A stretch of 64,000 nucleotides of DNA from an uncultured bacterium (GTDB taxonomy: Bacteria > Patescibacteriota > Minisyncoccia > Minisyncoccales > RBG-13-42-11): positions 38,675-102,674 of the forward strand of contig CAWBPO010000001.1 in NCBI GenBank assembly GCA_963790795.1. The letters are read 5' to 3'. Below are positions 21,740 through 35,200 of the stretch, in pieces. Position numbers and translations under genes: made by a program. The notes under the pieces are model-generated. The model was not told the origin of the DNA, ran no database searches, and was given only the letters and a program-made list of their open reading frames with translations. Numbering within the stretch: the stretch's first letter is position 1; every line of letters starts with the position of its first letter.

Positions 21740-21792
21740 ATGTTTATATTTTACCATAAAATTACGGTATTTTCCACGCTGTTCATGTCTCT

Positions 21793-21831
21793 TTCATCCC
21801 TTGTCGGTTGAAGTTAGACTTCAACCGATTT
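21793..21831. repeat. 39-bp direct repeat, copy 2, with REP-like hairpin
   Basis: ttcatcccttgtcggttgaagttagacttcaaccgattt. Confidence 0.85.
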
Positions 21832-21837
21832 CAACTA

Positions 21838-23260
21838 TTATTGTTCGAGTGGCTGGCATTCGCCAATGATTTCGCAGCCATTAGACATATCGCTGTCGCA
21901 ATCGGAAAAGCCATCAGCGCAAGTGAAATTGCAACTTCCCTCCTGGCAAGCGCCTGTGGCATTTTGAGCTGAACAAAGATTTCCTGTAGCGTCTTGTGAT
22001 TCTATTGGTTTTTCTTCGTCGGTACCGCAATTGTTTGAGTCAGTGCAGGTTCTAGTCTGGGTGAAATTCCCGCCACAGGCAACGGTTTCGGGTAAAGGCT
22101 CCCATCCAGTGTAAGACCAATCAGGGACGCAAGCTGGTGCTTCTGGCTCAGCATTACAACTTTCGTTGTACCAAAAACCTGCAGCAGTTTCACATTCAGC
22201 TTGGCTCGTACATAGATTCAAATGAGTTGCATCACAAACATCCTCGGCTGGTGGTGACGCTGTTTCACAAACACCACCTTCGTCTATTTGGCCATCGCAA
22301 TTATTGTCTATTCCATCGCAGATTTCATCGGCAGGAGTACAAGCTAAAGTTTCTGGTTCGGCATTACAGGTTTCGTTGTACCAATATCCGCTATTACTTT
22401 CACAATCAGTTTGAGTTAAACAAAGATTTAAATTATTGGCGTCGCATGATGGTTCTGGTGCTGGTGCTATTTCACATTCCCCTTTTGCCTTCACCCATTC
22501 ACCGTTTTCAATCCAGGTGCAATAGATTTCACCAGTGGCTTGATCACGCATCTCTAATTTATCAAGTTGAGCCACTTCGGCAATTAGTTTCTTCACTCCA
22601 ACAATTCCGTTTTCAATAAATAATCCCAACTTCTTCAAACTATTTTTAATTGTCAAGGTAAATTGGTCAAGAATTGTCGGTTGCTCATCTTCGGTAGAAA
22701 TAGCTTCTCCCTCGGTTGTGGTAAGCGAGCCGTCCTCGGCTAATGAGCCAAGGGACCAGTGAGGATTGATAAAGACTAAAATTTTACCGGTTTCGTTTTC
22801 AATGGGCTGGCAAGTTTCAATTTCTTCAGTTTCACCCGTCTCCTCGTTTTTAACAGACTCTGTTTCGCATTGAGTCTTGGTATTGTTAAACGACTCCAAA
22901 GCAATTCCAATTACTCTTCCTGCTTCTGTCGATTTCATTGCCACTCCTGGTTGAGAAAAGTTAAAACATCGCCAACCTGAATTGGCCCATTTTCGGTTGA
23001 CACTTTAACTGGTACCCGACCGCTTAAAGTAACTGGTACCTGAATTTCATTTAAAAATTGAGATTTATCCGTTTTAAATCCTCCCAGAAGAACGGCTGGC
23101 TCGGTGGAAATAACACGAGAAGTTTTGAATCTAAGACGAAGAAGATCGTTTAATAAATATAGGATTCTCTTCGTCTAAGGCGACCACCTCGCCGGCCCCC
23201 AATGTTGTGTCTTTGGTTGGATAATTTTCAGCCACATCATAGATAGACATAGCTACTGCG
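21838..23260 (-). other. C-terminal region of the giant protein: Peptidase_G2/intramolecular-chaperone-like domain followed by Cys-rich modules
   Basis: Manual translation across frameshifts: YDVAENY...GEVVALD...VISTEPAVLLGG...VTLSGRVPVKVSTENGPIQVGDVLT..PGVAMKSTEAGRVIGIALESF; then EICDGIDNNCDGQIDEG (MopE-like metal motif) and two CDxxxLNLC...GxWYNExCNAEPE repeats. Confidence 0.65.
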
Positions 23261-26200
23261 TGAGAATAAACGTATCCTTCTATGTTATTGTCTATGTTGC
23301 AGTTGTCATCGCTTCCAACACATAATCCGCCGCCTGTAACTTGAAAGTCTCGCTTCTGGCGCCGTAGTCCCAATTCCTACGTTGTCGCCAGACGGTCACC
23401 TCCTTGAACACTGAGGCTGAATAGAGACGAAAACTCATCGGCAACGGCAAATTTAAGAGTTCCGTAGTTATAATAAGTGAACTAATCCTGGCAAAGCCAT
23501 CATAACCTATAGCGAGGGAGGTGTAAAGTCCTACATTACCTGATGAATCAACGGTGGTGATATTCTTGGCTGAGCAGTCACCGTTGGCACACTTGAAACT
23601 TGAGGTTAGCGATTTCGTCCTCATCCCAATAAGCGTAACTAATCCTCGCAAAGCCATCATCAGCTATAGCGAGGGAGGTGTAAGATCCACCTGCTGAGTC
23701 AACGGTGGTGATGTTTTTGGTTGAACAGTCATCATTGGTGCACTGGACGAATTTGAGGACGTAGTTTTCCTCGTCGCATTATAATAAGTGTAACTAATCC
23801 TGGCAAAGCCGTCAGAACCCAGAGCTAAGTATCCCCTTACATCACCCGCTGAGTCAACAGTGGTGATGTTCTTTGTTGAGCAGTCATCATTGGTGCACTG
23901 GACGAATTTGAGTTCGTTGGTTTCATTATCATAATAACTAATCCTGGCAAAGCCATCATCAGGGCTGATGGCGAGAGAGGTGTATTGACCTACATCACTT
24001 GTTGAGTCAACGGTGGTAGCGTTGTTGGTTGAACAGTCATCATTGGTGCACTGGACGAATTTGAGGTCGTTGGTTTCATCTTCAAAGTCAAGATAAGTGT
24101 AACTAATCCTGGCAAAGCCATCATAAGCTATGGCGAGAGAGGAGTTAAACACCCAACCTGAGTCAACAGTGGTAGCGTTGTTGGTTGAACAGTCATCGTT
24201 GGTGCACTGGACGAACTTGAGGTTATAGACGTCCTCCACCTCATCCCAATAAATGTAACTAATCCTGGCAAAGCCATCATTAGCTATGGCGAGAGAGGTG
24301 CATTCACCAAATACACCACCTGTTGAGTCAACGGTGGTAGTGCTGTTGGTTGAGCAGTCAGCATTGGTGCACTGGACAATTTGAGGTCTTCGTTGGTACC
24401 ATCATAATAACTAATCCTGGCAAAACCATCATCAGCTATGGCGAGAGAGTTGTAGTACCCCACATCACCTGATGAGTCAACAGTGGTTTTCTGCCAAGAA
24501 GAAGTGAAGGTAGTGAGGATGTTTGAAGAATCTTCTCCGATTAAGACGCTGTTTCCAAATTTGGCGCTTTGGTTAACGAGAAGTGAGCCATCAGTAATAA
24601 TGTTACCTTCAACCCCAAGAGAACCGGCTACAAATAAGTCATTGCCATCGGGGTTGAAGGAAATATCATTAGTAAATCGGGCAAATTTGAGGTTGGCGTT
24701 TTGTTCCACATAATCATATTCAAAATAACTAATCCTGGCAAAGCCATCTGAACCTATAGCGAGAGAGGTGTATTCACCAAATACACCACCTGTTGAGTCA
24801 ACGGTGGTAGTGCTGTTGGTTGAGCAGTCATCATTGGTGCACTGGACCAATTTGAGTTCGCCGTTGGTATCATCATAGTAACTAATCCTGGCAAAGCCAT
24901 CATCAGCTATGGCGAGAGAGGAGCCATTCCCACCCGTTGAGTCAACAGTGGTAGCGTTCTTGGTTGAGCAGTCATCGTTGGTGCACTGGACGAATTGGAG
25001 GTTTCCGTTGTCATAATCATAATAACTAATCCTGGCAAAGCCATCATCAGCTATAGCGAGAGAGTTGTAGTACCCCACATCACCTGCTGAGTCAACAGTG
25101 GTAGTGCTGTTGGTTGAGCAGTCATCGTTGGTGCACTGGACGAACTTGAGGTTAGAGATTTCCTCCACCTCATCCCAATAAGCGTAACTAATCCTGGCAA
25201 AGCCATCATCAGCTATAGCGAGAGAGTTGTAGTACCCCACATCACCTGCTGAGTCAACAGTGGTAGTGCTGTTGGTTGAGCAGTCATCATTGGTGCACTG
25301 GACGAATTGGAGGTTTCCGTTGTCATAATCATAATAACTAATCCTGGCAAAGCCATCATCAGCTATAGCGAGAGAGATATCTTCTACCCAATTACCTGTT
25401 GGGTCAACAATGGTAGCGTTCTTGGTTGAGCAGTCATCATTGGTGCATTGGACGAATTGGAGGGAGCTGTTGTAAGTATTATAATAACTAATCCTGGCAA
25501 AACCATCTGAACCCATAGCGAGGGAGGTGTAAGGTCCTACATTACCTGATGAATCAACGGTGGTGATACTTTTGGTTGAGCAGTCATCATTGGTGCACTG
25601 GACGAATTGGAGGTTTTCGTTGGTATCATCATAGTAACTAATCCTGGCAAAGCCATCATCAGCTATGGCGAGAGAGGGAGGGATGTCTGCCGTACTATCT
25701 ACTGAGTCAACAGTGGTAATAAAAATTGACGAGACAGAACTGGTAACTGTATTAATATTTCCGCCAATGAAGACATTGCCGGAGGTATCCAAAACCAGGA
25801 CTTTTTCATTGGACCCAATTTGAAACTGAATTGGTCTTATTTCCCCAGTGCCACTGGCTGAAGTAGAAATGGTTAAAGCATCTCCTCCAGAAGAATCATA
25901 GTTAATAGTTATTTGACTAAGAGAAGGACTGCTGCTCGTGGAAGTAGTCTTTAGTCCGCCAGTAAAATCTAAAGTATCAACCGAAATTGACCAGCCGCCA
26001 GTCGCTTCCCAATTGACATCGGAAATATTGTTAAAGTTAGCTCCTGACATTAGATTAGCTGAAATCCCGAAAGCCTGGTCTAAAGCTCTCTCTTGGGAAT
26101 TGACTGAGGCGGCGGTCCAGGTTTCTTGAGAATAGGTCGCATTGGAGTTGTATTTCCAAGTTCCAGAATCATTTTTGGCTATGCTTCTCCACTGGGATTG

Positions 26201-29200
26201 ACCTAAACCAAAGACCTTCCAGATAGTTCTATCATCAAAAGAAACGGCATAATAAATGGTTTGAGAATTTAAAGTTTCGGTAATGGCTCCTGAAATTATA
26301 TTTAGCCAGCTGGAAGTATCGATTTGATTACTGTCAGTAGTTGAGAGAATATAATATTCATCGGAAGGATAAATTTCAGTGCCCGTGATTCCCAGACCAC
26401 GGCATTGCTGTAATCCCAACCAGCCGCTACGTATTTGCTATGGTTGAGTCGTAGATGATGGAATAGATCGATTGGTTACGACTCCGGTGTCAACGTTTCG
26501 CTGGGTCCAGGAGGTTAAATCGGTTGATTCCCAGACCACGGCATAGTTGCCATCATTATACGAATCATAATGACTACCAGCAACTACATATTTGCTATTG
26601 GTTGAGTCGTAGACGATAGAAATCCAACCATCGGTATAAGCTTCGATATCAACGTCTCTTTGGATCCAGGAGGTTAAATCAGTTGATTCCCAGACTACGA
26701 CACCCCAATTATCAATGCCAGCAGCTACATATTTGCCATTGGTTGAGTCATAGATGATGGAATCAATACATTGGTCATCAACAACTTCGGTATCAACGTT
26801 TCTCTGGGTCCAGGAGATTAAATCATCAATTGATTCCCAGACTACGGCATAATAGCTAGTAGCATTCTCATCAATGCCAGCCGCTACATATTTGCTATGA
26901 GTTGAGTCATAGATGATGGAATTAATCCATTGCTCATCAACTCCGGTATCAACGTTTCTTTGGATCCAGGAGATTAAATCAGTTGATTCCCAAACTACGG
27001 CATCACAAAAGCTTCCCGCTTCAACATAATGATCATGCCCTCCGGCTACATATTTTCCATTAGTTGAGTCATAGATGATGGAATTAATCCATTGGTTATC
27101 AGCTCCGGTATCAACATTTCTTTGGATCCAGGAAATTAAATCAGTTGATTCCCAGACTACGGCGTCAGAGCCAGTACCATAATCAGCACCAGCCGCTACA
27201 TATTTGCTATGGGTTGAGTCATAGATGATAGAATTAATCCATTGGTCATTAGCTCCGGTATCAACGTCTCTCCGGATCCAGGTTTGGAGGTCGGCTGATT
27301 CCCAGACTTCGGCATCGTAGTCAGTAGTATCCTCAGCACCAGCAGCTACATATTTGCTATGAGTTGAGTCATAGATGATAGAATTAATCCATTGGTCACC
27401 AGCTCCGGTATCAACGTTTCTCTGGGTCCAGGAGGTTAAGTCACTAGAAGAATAACTATTTAATTCAACCACTCCGCTGTTGAATTTAGTGCAATAAATA
27501 TTATTAATACTGCCAGAAGCAGAAGGAGTGCCAGAAACCTAAAAGTGAGTAGTATCAGCAACCGAGCTGATATCGTAAAAAGTGCCAGCTAATTTGGCTC
27601 GGCAGCCAACTTTTACTTTTAAAGACATGGCAGCATTTAAAGTAACTGCTGAACCTGAGGCAGTGTAGGTAGTGGCTGAACCCTTTAATTCTTCTTGTTG
27701 GAAATTGGATTCATCAGCTTCATCAAAGTCAAGTGAGTTATTAGAATTAAGAAGTGGATAGGGATTAAGAGTAAATTGACTCAATTCATAATTTGAGGGG
27801 TCAGTATATGAACCATACATTTTGATTGAGGCTGACCCTAAGTAAAGATCTCTCCAGAGGTTAGTGGCTGAACCTAAATCATAAGTATTGTCAGTCATCG
27901 GTAGAAAATTACCTTCTAAACTCAAATCACCATTATTAGCTAAGTTTAAAACAGTGCCAGTGGCATTTTTAAACTCAGCAATATTGCCTGATCCGTCCTG
28001 TCTGGCAGAAAGAACAGTATCGCTTGTGGTGGCATAAACATCCAAGATTGCCGTCGGCTCTGTCGTCCCGATGCCGACGTTGCCAGCAGGGTTTAAAATA
28101 ATATTACCAGCAACAGTAGAAAGTGTCGTTGATGTTGAACCTGAAATGGTGTCTTTATTTATAGTTATGGTTTCTCCAATTGTTGCTGTGGCAGCATATA
28201 TATTTGCCCATTTATATTCTGAAGAACCTAAATTATAAACAGTTGTCGTAGAAGGCAACAGATTTCCTGTCAGAATCGTATTGCCGGCATTATTTACGGT
28301 AAAAACAGTACTAGTGGCGTTTTTGAATTCAACAACACTGCCTGTGCTTGCCTGGGTGACGGTTAGAGCTGAGGTGTTTGTGGCAGAGGTGGAGGAAGCG
28401 TAAACGCTGACCAATCCTTCTGAATATATTCCTCCTACACCTGCATTGATTCCGTTTTGGACGTAAAGATTGTTGTTGATTATGGCGTTGTCATTGACCA
28501 TCATGGTGTCTGGTTGAGAGACCCGGCAAAGAGATTGGGGGTTTCAATACCGCCGATGTCCACGATGGCAAGGTTACTAGACAACTCTCCCGCCACATAG
28601 ACGTACTTGCCGAAGACATAAACTGAAGGAGCACCATTCATCACGTTTGTATCGTTAGGATCCCAGTTGCCAACAAGAGTAGGGCTGGCAGGGCTGCTGA
28701 TATCAACGATAGCAAGGTTGCTGGAGTCACGTCCCGCTACATAAGCATATTTACCAGAGACATAGACAGAAAAAGCGTTATTCATCACGTTTGCATCATT
28801 GGGATCCCAGTTGCCTGTGGTGGTGGGGGTAGCAGGATTGCTAATATCCACAATCGCAAGGTTGTCAGATCCAGCTCCTGTCACATAAGCGTACTTGCCG
28901 GAGACATAGACTGATACGGCTTCATTCATCACGTTTGCATCATTGGGATCCCAGTTGCCAATAGTTGTGGGGTTGGCAGGATTGCTGATGTCCACAATTG
29001 CAAGGTTGCTAGAAAAATCTCCCGCCACATAGGCGTACTTGCCTGAAACATAAACTGAAGAAGCACCATTCATCACGTTCGTATCATTGGGATCCCAGTT
29101 GCCAATAGTTGTGGGGCTGGCAGGATTGCTGATATCCACAATTGCAAGGTTGTCGGAATCTTCTCCTGCCACATAGGCGTACTTGCCTGAAACGTAGACT

Positions 29201-32200
29201 GAATAAGCGCCATACATCACGTTCGTATCATTGGGATCCCAGTTGCCAATAGTTGTGGGGCTGGCAGGATTGCTGATATCCACAATTGCAAGGTTGCTAG
29301 AGACATATCCCGCCACATAGGCGTATTTGCCGGAGATATAAACTGAATGAGCACCATTCATCACGTTTGTATCGTTAGGATCCCAATTGCCCGTGGTGGT
29401 AGGGCTGGCAGGATTGCTGATATCCACAATCGCAAGGTTGTCGGAGCCATCTCCCGCCACATAGGCGTACTTGCCAGAGACATAAACAGAAACGGCGTAT
29501 TGCATCACATTCGTATCATCGGGGTACCAGTTACCCTTTAGAACAAGTTGAACCGCCGTCAACCCGAAGATCACCAACCACATCCAGCTTTTTGCCAGGA
29601 CTGGTCGTCCCGATGCCGACGTTGCCTGAAGGAGTAATGGTTAGTCTTTCTACACCAGCGGTTAGAATTGAAAGATTTTGAAATAGTGGGATTAGCTATC
29701 TGAAGGGTATTTATAGTTTGGAAGGGAACTGAATATGACCTGGGGTTTGCCATCCAGCCGCCCAACTGGGAGCCTCCGGTTAAGGCAGTGCCGGTAGCAC
29801 CTACACAGGAAGAATCAGCACATTTGGTAATCATTAGGTCGGTGTCACTCTGATTGCGATAAGCGATAATCGGCAGACCGTGGGCACCGATGGCAAGGGA
29901 AGTAAACCTGCCAATCGTATCACCATCGCTAATCTGGGTAGTGGTATTGCCTGAAGAACAAGCAGTATTGCCGCATTTTGTAATCATCAGGTCGCCATCG
30001 GTGGAATTGTAATGAGAAATAACCGGCAGACCGTCAGTGCCAATGGCAATGGAATTATCATCGCCAACATTATCACCATCGCTAATCTGGATGGTGGTAT
30101 TTCCTGAAGAACAGGCAGAGTTTCCGCATTTGGTAATCATCAGGTCGTCGTCGGTGGAATTTCCATAAGAGATAATTGGCAGGCCGTCGTTTCCTATGGC
30201 AATGGAAGTACCATAGCCAATAATATCAGTATCAGTAATCTGGGTGGTGGTATTTCCTGAAGAACAGGCAGAGTTTCCGCATTTGGTAATCATCAGGTCG
30301 CCGTCACTCTGATTGTAATAAGAGATAATTGGCAGGCCGTCAGTGCCAATGGCAATGGAAGTGAACCACCGACGTTATCACCATCGCTAATCTGGGTGGT
30401 GGTATTTCCTGAAGAACAGGCAGAGTTTCCGCATTTGGTAATCATCAGGTCGCCGTCGGTGGAATTTCCATAAGAGATAATTGGCAGGCCGTCGTTTCCT
30501 ATGGCAATGGAAGTATCATAGCCAATAATATCAGTATCAGTAATCTGGGTGGTGGTATTTCCTGAAGAACAGGCAGAGTTTCCGCATTTGGTAATCATCA
30601 GGTCGGTGTCGTCATCATTTCCATAAGAGATAATTGGCAGGCCGTCGTTTCCTATGGCAATGGAATTATCATCGCCAACACTATCATCATCGCTAATCTG
30701 GGTGGTGGTATTTCCTGAAGAACAGGCAGAGTTTCCGCATTTGGTAATCATCAGGTCACCGTCGGTGAAATTGTAATGAGAAATAATCGGCAGGCTGTCA
30801 GTGCCAATGGCAATGGAAGTACCAGAGCCAACACTATCAGTATCGCTAATCTGGGTGTTTGTTCGGGTAGTTGCGGTAATGGACGGAGCAAAAGTTGGAA
30901 GAATATTTCCTGAAACAATATCGCCTGAAACCGTTAATTTGGCAATCGGGTTGGTCGTCCCGATGCCAACGTTGCCAAGGGGTATATAAGAATCGGCTGA
31001 TGAGATGTAAATATAGTTGCCATCTGTAACCGCTGTCTGGATTTTGCCGTCGCTGGACATTGCAACGCCAAGCCAGGAGCTTGTCGCGCCTTTGGCTGTC
31101 CAGGTGTTACCGTAGTCAGTGGACAGATAAATCTGGCCTCCTGATACAGCTGCTGTCTGGATTTTGCCGTCAGAGGACATGGCCACGCCAGTCCAGTTTC
31201 TCTCCTCGTCTTTGGCTGTCCAGGTATTGCCGTAGTCAGTGGAAAGGTAGATGTAGCCGTTGTTGAAGGGAACCGCTGTCTGGACTTTGCCATCGCTGGA
31301 CATGGCTATGCCAGCCCACCCATCTTCAGGATCCCCCTTGGCTGTCCAGGTATTGCCGTAGTCAGTGGAAACATAAATGTAAACCGGTGCTTCTATAAAT
31401 CCTCTACCTACTGTCTGGTATTTACCGTCCGAAGACATGGCAATTCCCCACCACCTCTGAATACTTCCTTTTGGTGTCCAGGTATTACCATAGTCAGTGG
31501 AAACATAAATGTAATCATCTTCACCACTATAAGCTGTTGCTGTCTGGTATTTACCGTCGCTGGACATAGCTACGTCATACCAGTTTCTCTCGGCGTCTTT
31601 GGCTGTCCAGGTATTGCCGTAGTCAGTGGAAACATAAACATAGTCGGCATCTGCAATCGCTGTCTGGATTTTGCCGTCAGAGGACATGGCCACGCCAGTC
31701 CAAGCTCTCATATCGTCTTTTGTCTCCCAGGTATTGCCGTAGTCAGTGGAAAGGTAAATATAGTCTCCATCTGCAACTGCTGTCTGGATTTTGCCGCCAG
31801 AGGACATGGCCACGCCAGTCCAGCCTCTTTCCTCGTCTTTGGCTGTCCAGGTATTGCCGTAATTAGATAATCCCCACTGGTTCTCTTCCACTCCTACCCT
31901 GCCAAAATACATCCCTCCTTCCAAACTTGACAGCAAAACATTGTCTGTTGAGAGATAGCCGGCATTCAGCGTTGAAGATAAATCGCCGGCAACAGTAAGT
32001 TTTTGGCCTGGCTCCGTTGTCCCGATGCCGACATTGCCATCAGAATCAATTGTTAAAAAGTCATTTGTTCCGAAAGCGCTAGAACCTGAAATTTTGAAGT
32101 TATGGTCATCGCTTTGACCAAGGGTCCAATTTGAACTACCAGAATAATAAACTTTTACTTGGAGAGAATCTACTATATCTACGAGTGCTCCAATAGTGCC

Positions 32201-35200
32201 ACTATCAAATCGGATTCTAAAGTTGGCGTTTGAAAACTCTTCCTGAGTCCAGCTTCTTCCCCAGGTATCAGTTGATCCGCCTAAAGTTACGGTATCCCAT
32301 TCTGGATCTTCCAATGTCGTTGAGGCTTGTTTCACATCAGTTTCGTAAGTATTCCCACCGTCATGGGAAAGGTCTACATAAATAGTATTATGACTTGGAG
32401 GTTGACTGGCTACATATTCCCGCGTATTATACTCTGTCTGATATGCATTGTGTTCTTCATCATCAGGATAATGTTCTAAAGACGTATCATACGGGTATTG
32501 TGACATGCCATGAAAGGGCAAAGGATCAATAGTATCGCCCACAAAGCCCTGAACACTGTATTTTATGCTATACATCACGTCTGCCAGTAAAAAGACATGT
32601 CTATCTTGGCCTTCATTTTTGGGGATGTCATTAAACTCTAAACTCAATTCATCCCCGTGGCGCATAATGGCATACTCATCATCTGTTTGGTCAAGAAGGG
32701 GCAGGACGTCGCCATATTTTGTAAAGTTTCCATACATAAGAAAGTTTTCTCTGTTGGGTAATTGTTCATCCGTAACATTAATATGTCTGTGGTCTACTGT
32801 TGCGTATTGATAATTTGTTGACCCGCCCCAGTGCAGGTCGGCATAAGAGGGGCTAACATAGGTTACATTGACTTCAACAGGTTCGGAATCATCCAATAAT
32901 ATCTGGTCAATGATGTATTGTTGTTTGTGAATAAGGTGCTGTAACCCTCATCTTTGTATTATTTTTTTTCAGAATATCGGAAATATCAAAGACAAAAGTC
33001 TTGGAATCACCCGCAAAATTACCGAATTTTTCTGGCCCACCTGCCATGCTCATTTTCCTCTGTTTCTATAAGAAGATAATTATGGGTCGATAGTCCCGGG
33101 TTAAGCTCATAAGATGCCAGCCAGTAATTATCAATTTTGCATATTGCGGGTTGTCGATATTCCCAAAGTCAAATGTTATTGATTCATAGTTTCTTTAAGG
33201 GTATTCCATCTTTTTTAAAAACTTGTAATAACATTATTTCCATAACTATCTGTTGCTGCAATGGCACAATTGGATTCTTTATTGTCATAAACTCCTTGGA
33301 CGGCGCTGCTTCAATGAGTAGGTGTAACTCCATGGGTTCAAGACACCATATCCTTCAGGAACATCAACCAAAACTAACTTTGCCTCGTCAAAAAAGTCTG
33401 ATTCTGGGATGACTTCTCTTACTTTTAGATTATAAACCCCATCTATAGCTTCGAAATCTCCAAATTCATATATTCCAGCTTCATATATATGTGGTTCAAA
33501 CCAGGAGCCGCCAAACGATTCACCGGCAAAATCTGTATAATAATTATAACTAGGTTCCATCCTAAATATAAATAAGGACAAGACCCAATGTCCGGCTCTG
33601 CACATCACTAATTTTGCTTCTATACCATCGATGCTTGCTCCAGAGGGAAAATTAAACGAGAAATCGTAAAAATCTTGCTGATCGTCGTTAAAGGGAGAAA
33701 AGGCAGAATCCATCTTCAGTATAAACATATCGGGGTAAGACCAATTATTATAGTAATCCCCAACTGCTGTTGAAGATTTAAAGCCAGTTGTATAAATTGC
33801 AGATGTCTCAAGTAGAATAGCTACGTCATTTGTTCTATAAAGGTGTAAAGCTTGGTCCGGCTTCGTCGTCCCAATGCCGACGTTGTCACCAAAGTAGGCA
33901 CCTCCTTGAACAGAGAGTTTGGCATCGCTATCAATTACCGCCAAGTTATTAAAACCATCTGAAGTGAAATAAAATTGAGGAGCAGTCAAGATGCCGCTCT
34001 TTAGTTCAAGCGAATCACCTATAGTCAGACTGCCGTCGGTGAAAATATTGTTTTTTACTCCCAAACTTCCATTAAGAAAAAGTGAGGACTGGCTGAGGTT
34101 AAATGATGACGAGAACTCACCGCCAACGGCGAACTTGAGGTCGCCGTTGGTACCATCATAATAACTAATCCTGGCAAAGCCATCATCAGGGCTGATGGCG
34201 AGAGAGGTGTCATATCCTACATCGCCTGCTGAGTCAACGGTGGTGATGTTCTTGGTTGAGCAGTCATCATTGGTGCACTGAACGAATTTGAGCTAGCGAT
34301 TTCGTCCTCATCATAATAAGTGTAACTAATCCTGGCGTAGCCATCATCAGGGCTGATAGCGAGAGAGGTGAATTCGCCTACATAACCTGCTGAATCAACA
34401 GTGGTGATGTTCTTGGTTGAGCAGTCATCATTGGTGCACTGAACGAATTTGAGGTCTTCGTTGTTTTCATCAAAGTAACTAATCCTGGCAAAGCCGTCAG
34501 AGCCAAGAGCCAAGGAGGTGTAGAGCCCTACATTACCTGAGTCAACAATGGTAATGTTCTTGGTTGAACAATCATCATTGGTGCACTGAACGAATTTGAG
34601 GTCGCCACCGGAATGATCAAAATAACTAATCCTAGCAAAACCGTCGTCAGGGTTGATGGCGAGAGAGGTTTGTGTACCTACATTACCTGTGTCAACAGTG
34701 GTAATGTTCTTGGTTGAGCAGTCATCATTGGTGCACTGAACGAATTTGAGGTTTTCGTTGGTACCATCATAATAACTAATCCTGGCAAAGCCGTCGTCAG
34801 GGTTGATGGCGAGAGAGGTGTATTCGCCTACATAACCTGCTGAGTCAACGGTGGTGATGTTCTTGGTTGAGCAGTCATCATTGGTGCACTGAACGAATTT
34901 GAGGTAGCCGTTGTCACCCTCATAATAACTAATCCTGGCAAAGCCGTCGTCAGGGTTGATGGCGAGAGAGGTGTATTCGCCTACATAACCTGCTGAATCA
35001 ACAGTGGTGATGTTCTTGGTTGAGCAGTCATCATTGGTGCACTGGACGAATTTGAGGTCGCCGTTGGTGTCATCCTGATAACTAATCCTGGCGTAGCCAT
35101 CATCGGGGCTGATAGCGAGAGAGGTATAGTAACCTACCTCACCTGTTGAGTCAACAGTGGTTCTCTGCCAGGAAGAAGTGAGGGTAGTGAGGATGTTTGA

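Noticed and set aside
21838-34300. Frameshifts in the giant gene as phase variation or pseudogenisation
   Set aside because: Breaks are mostly not at long homopolymers or SSRs and cluster in repetitive, hard-to-polish sequence; they cannot be distinguished from read error without raw data.
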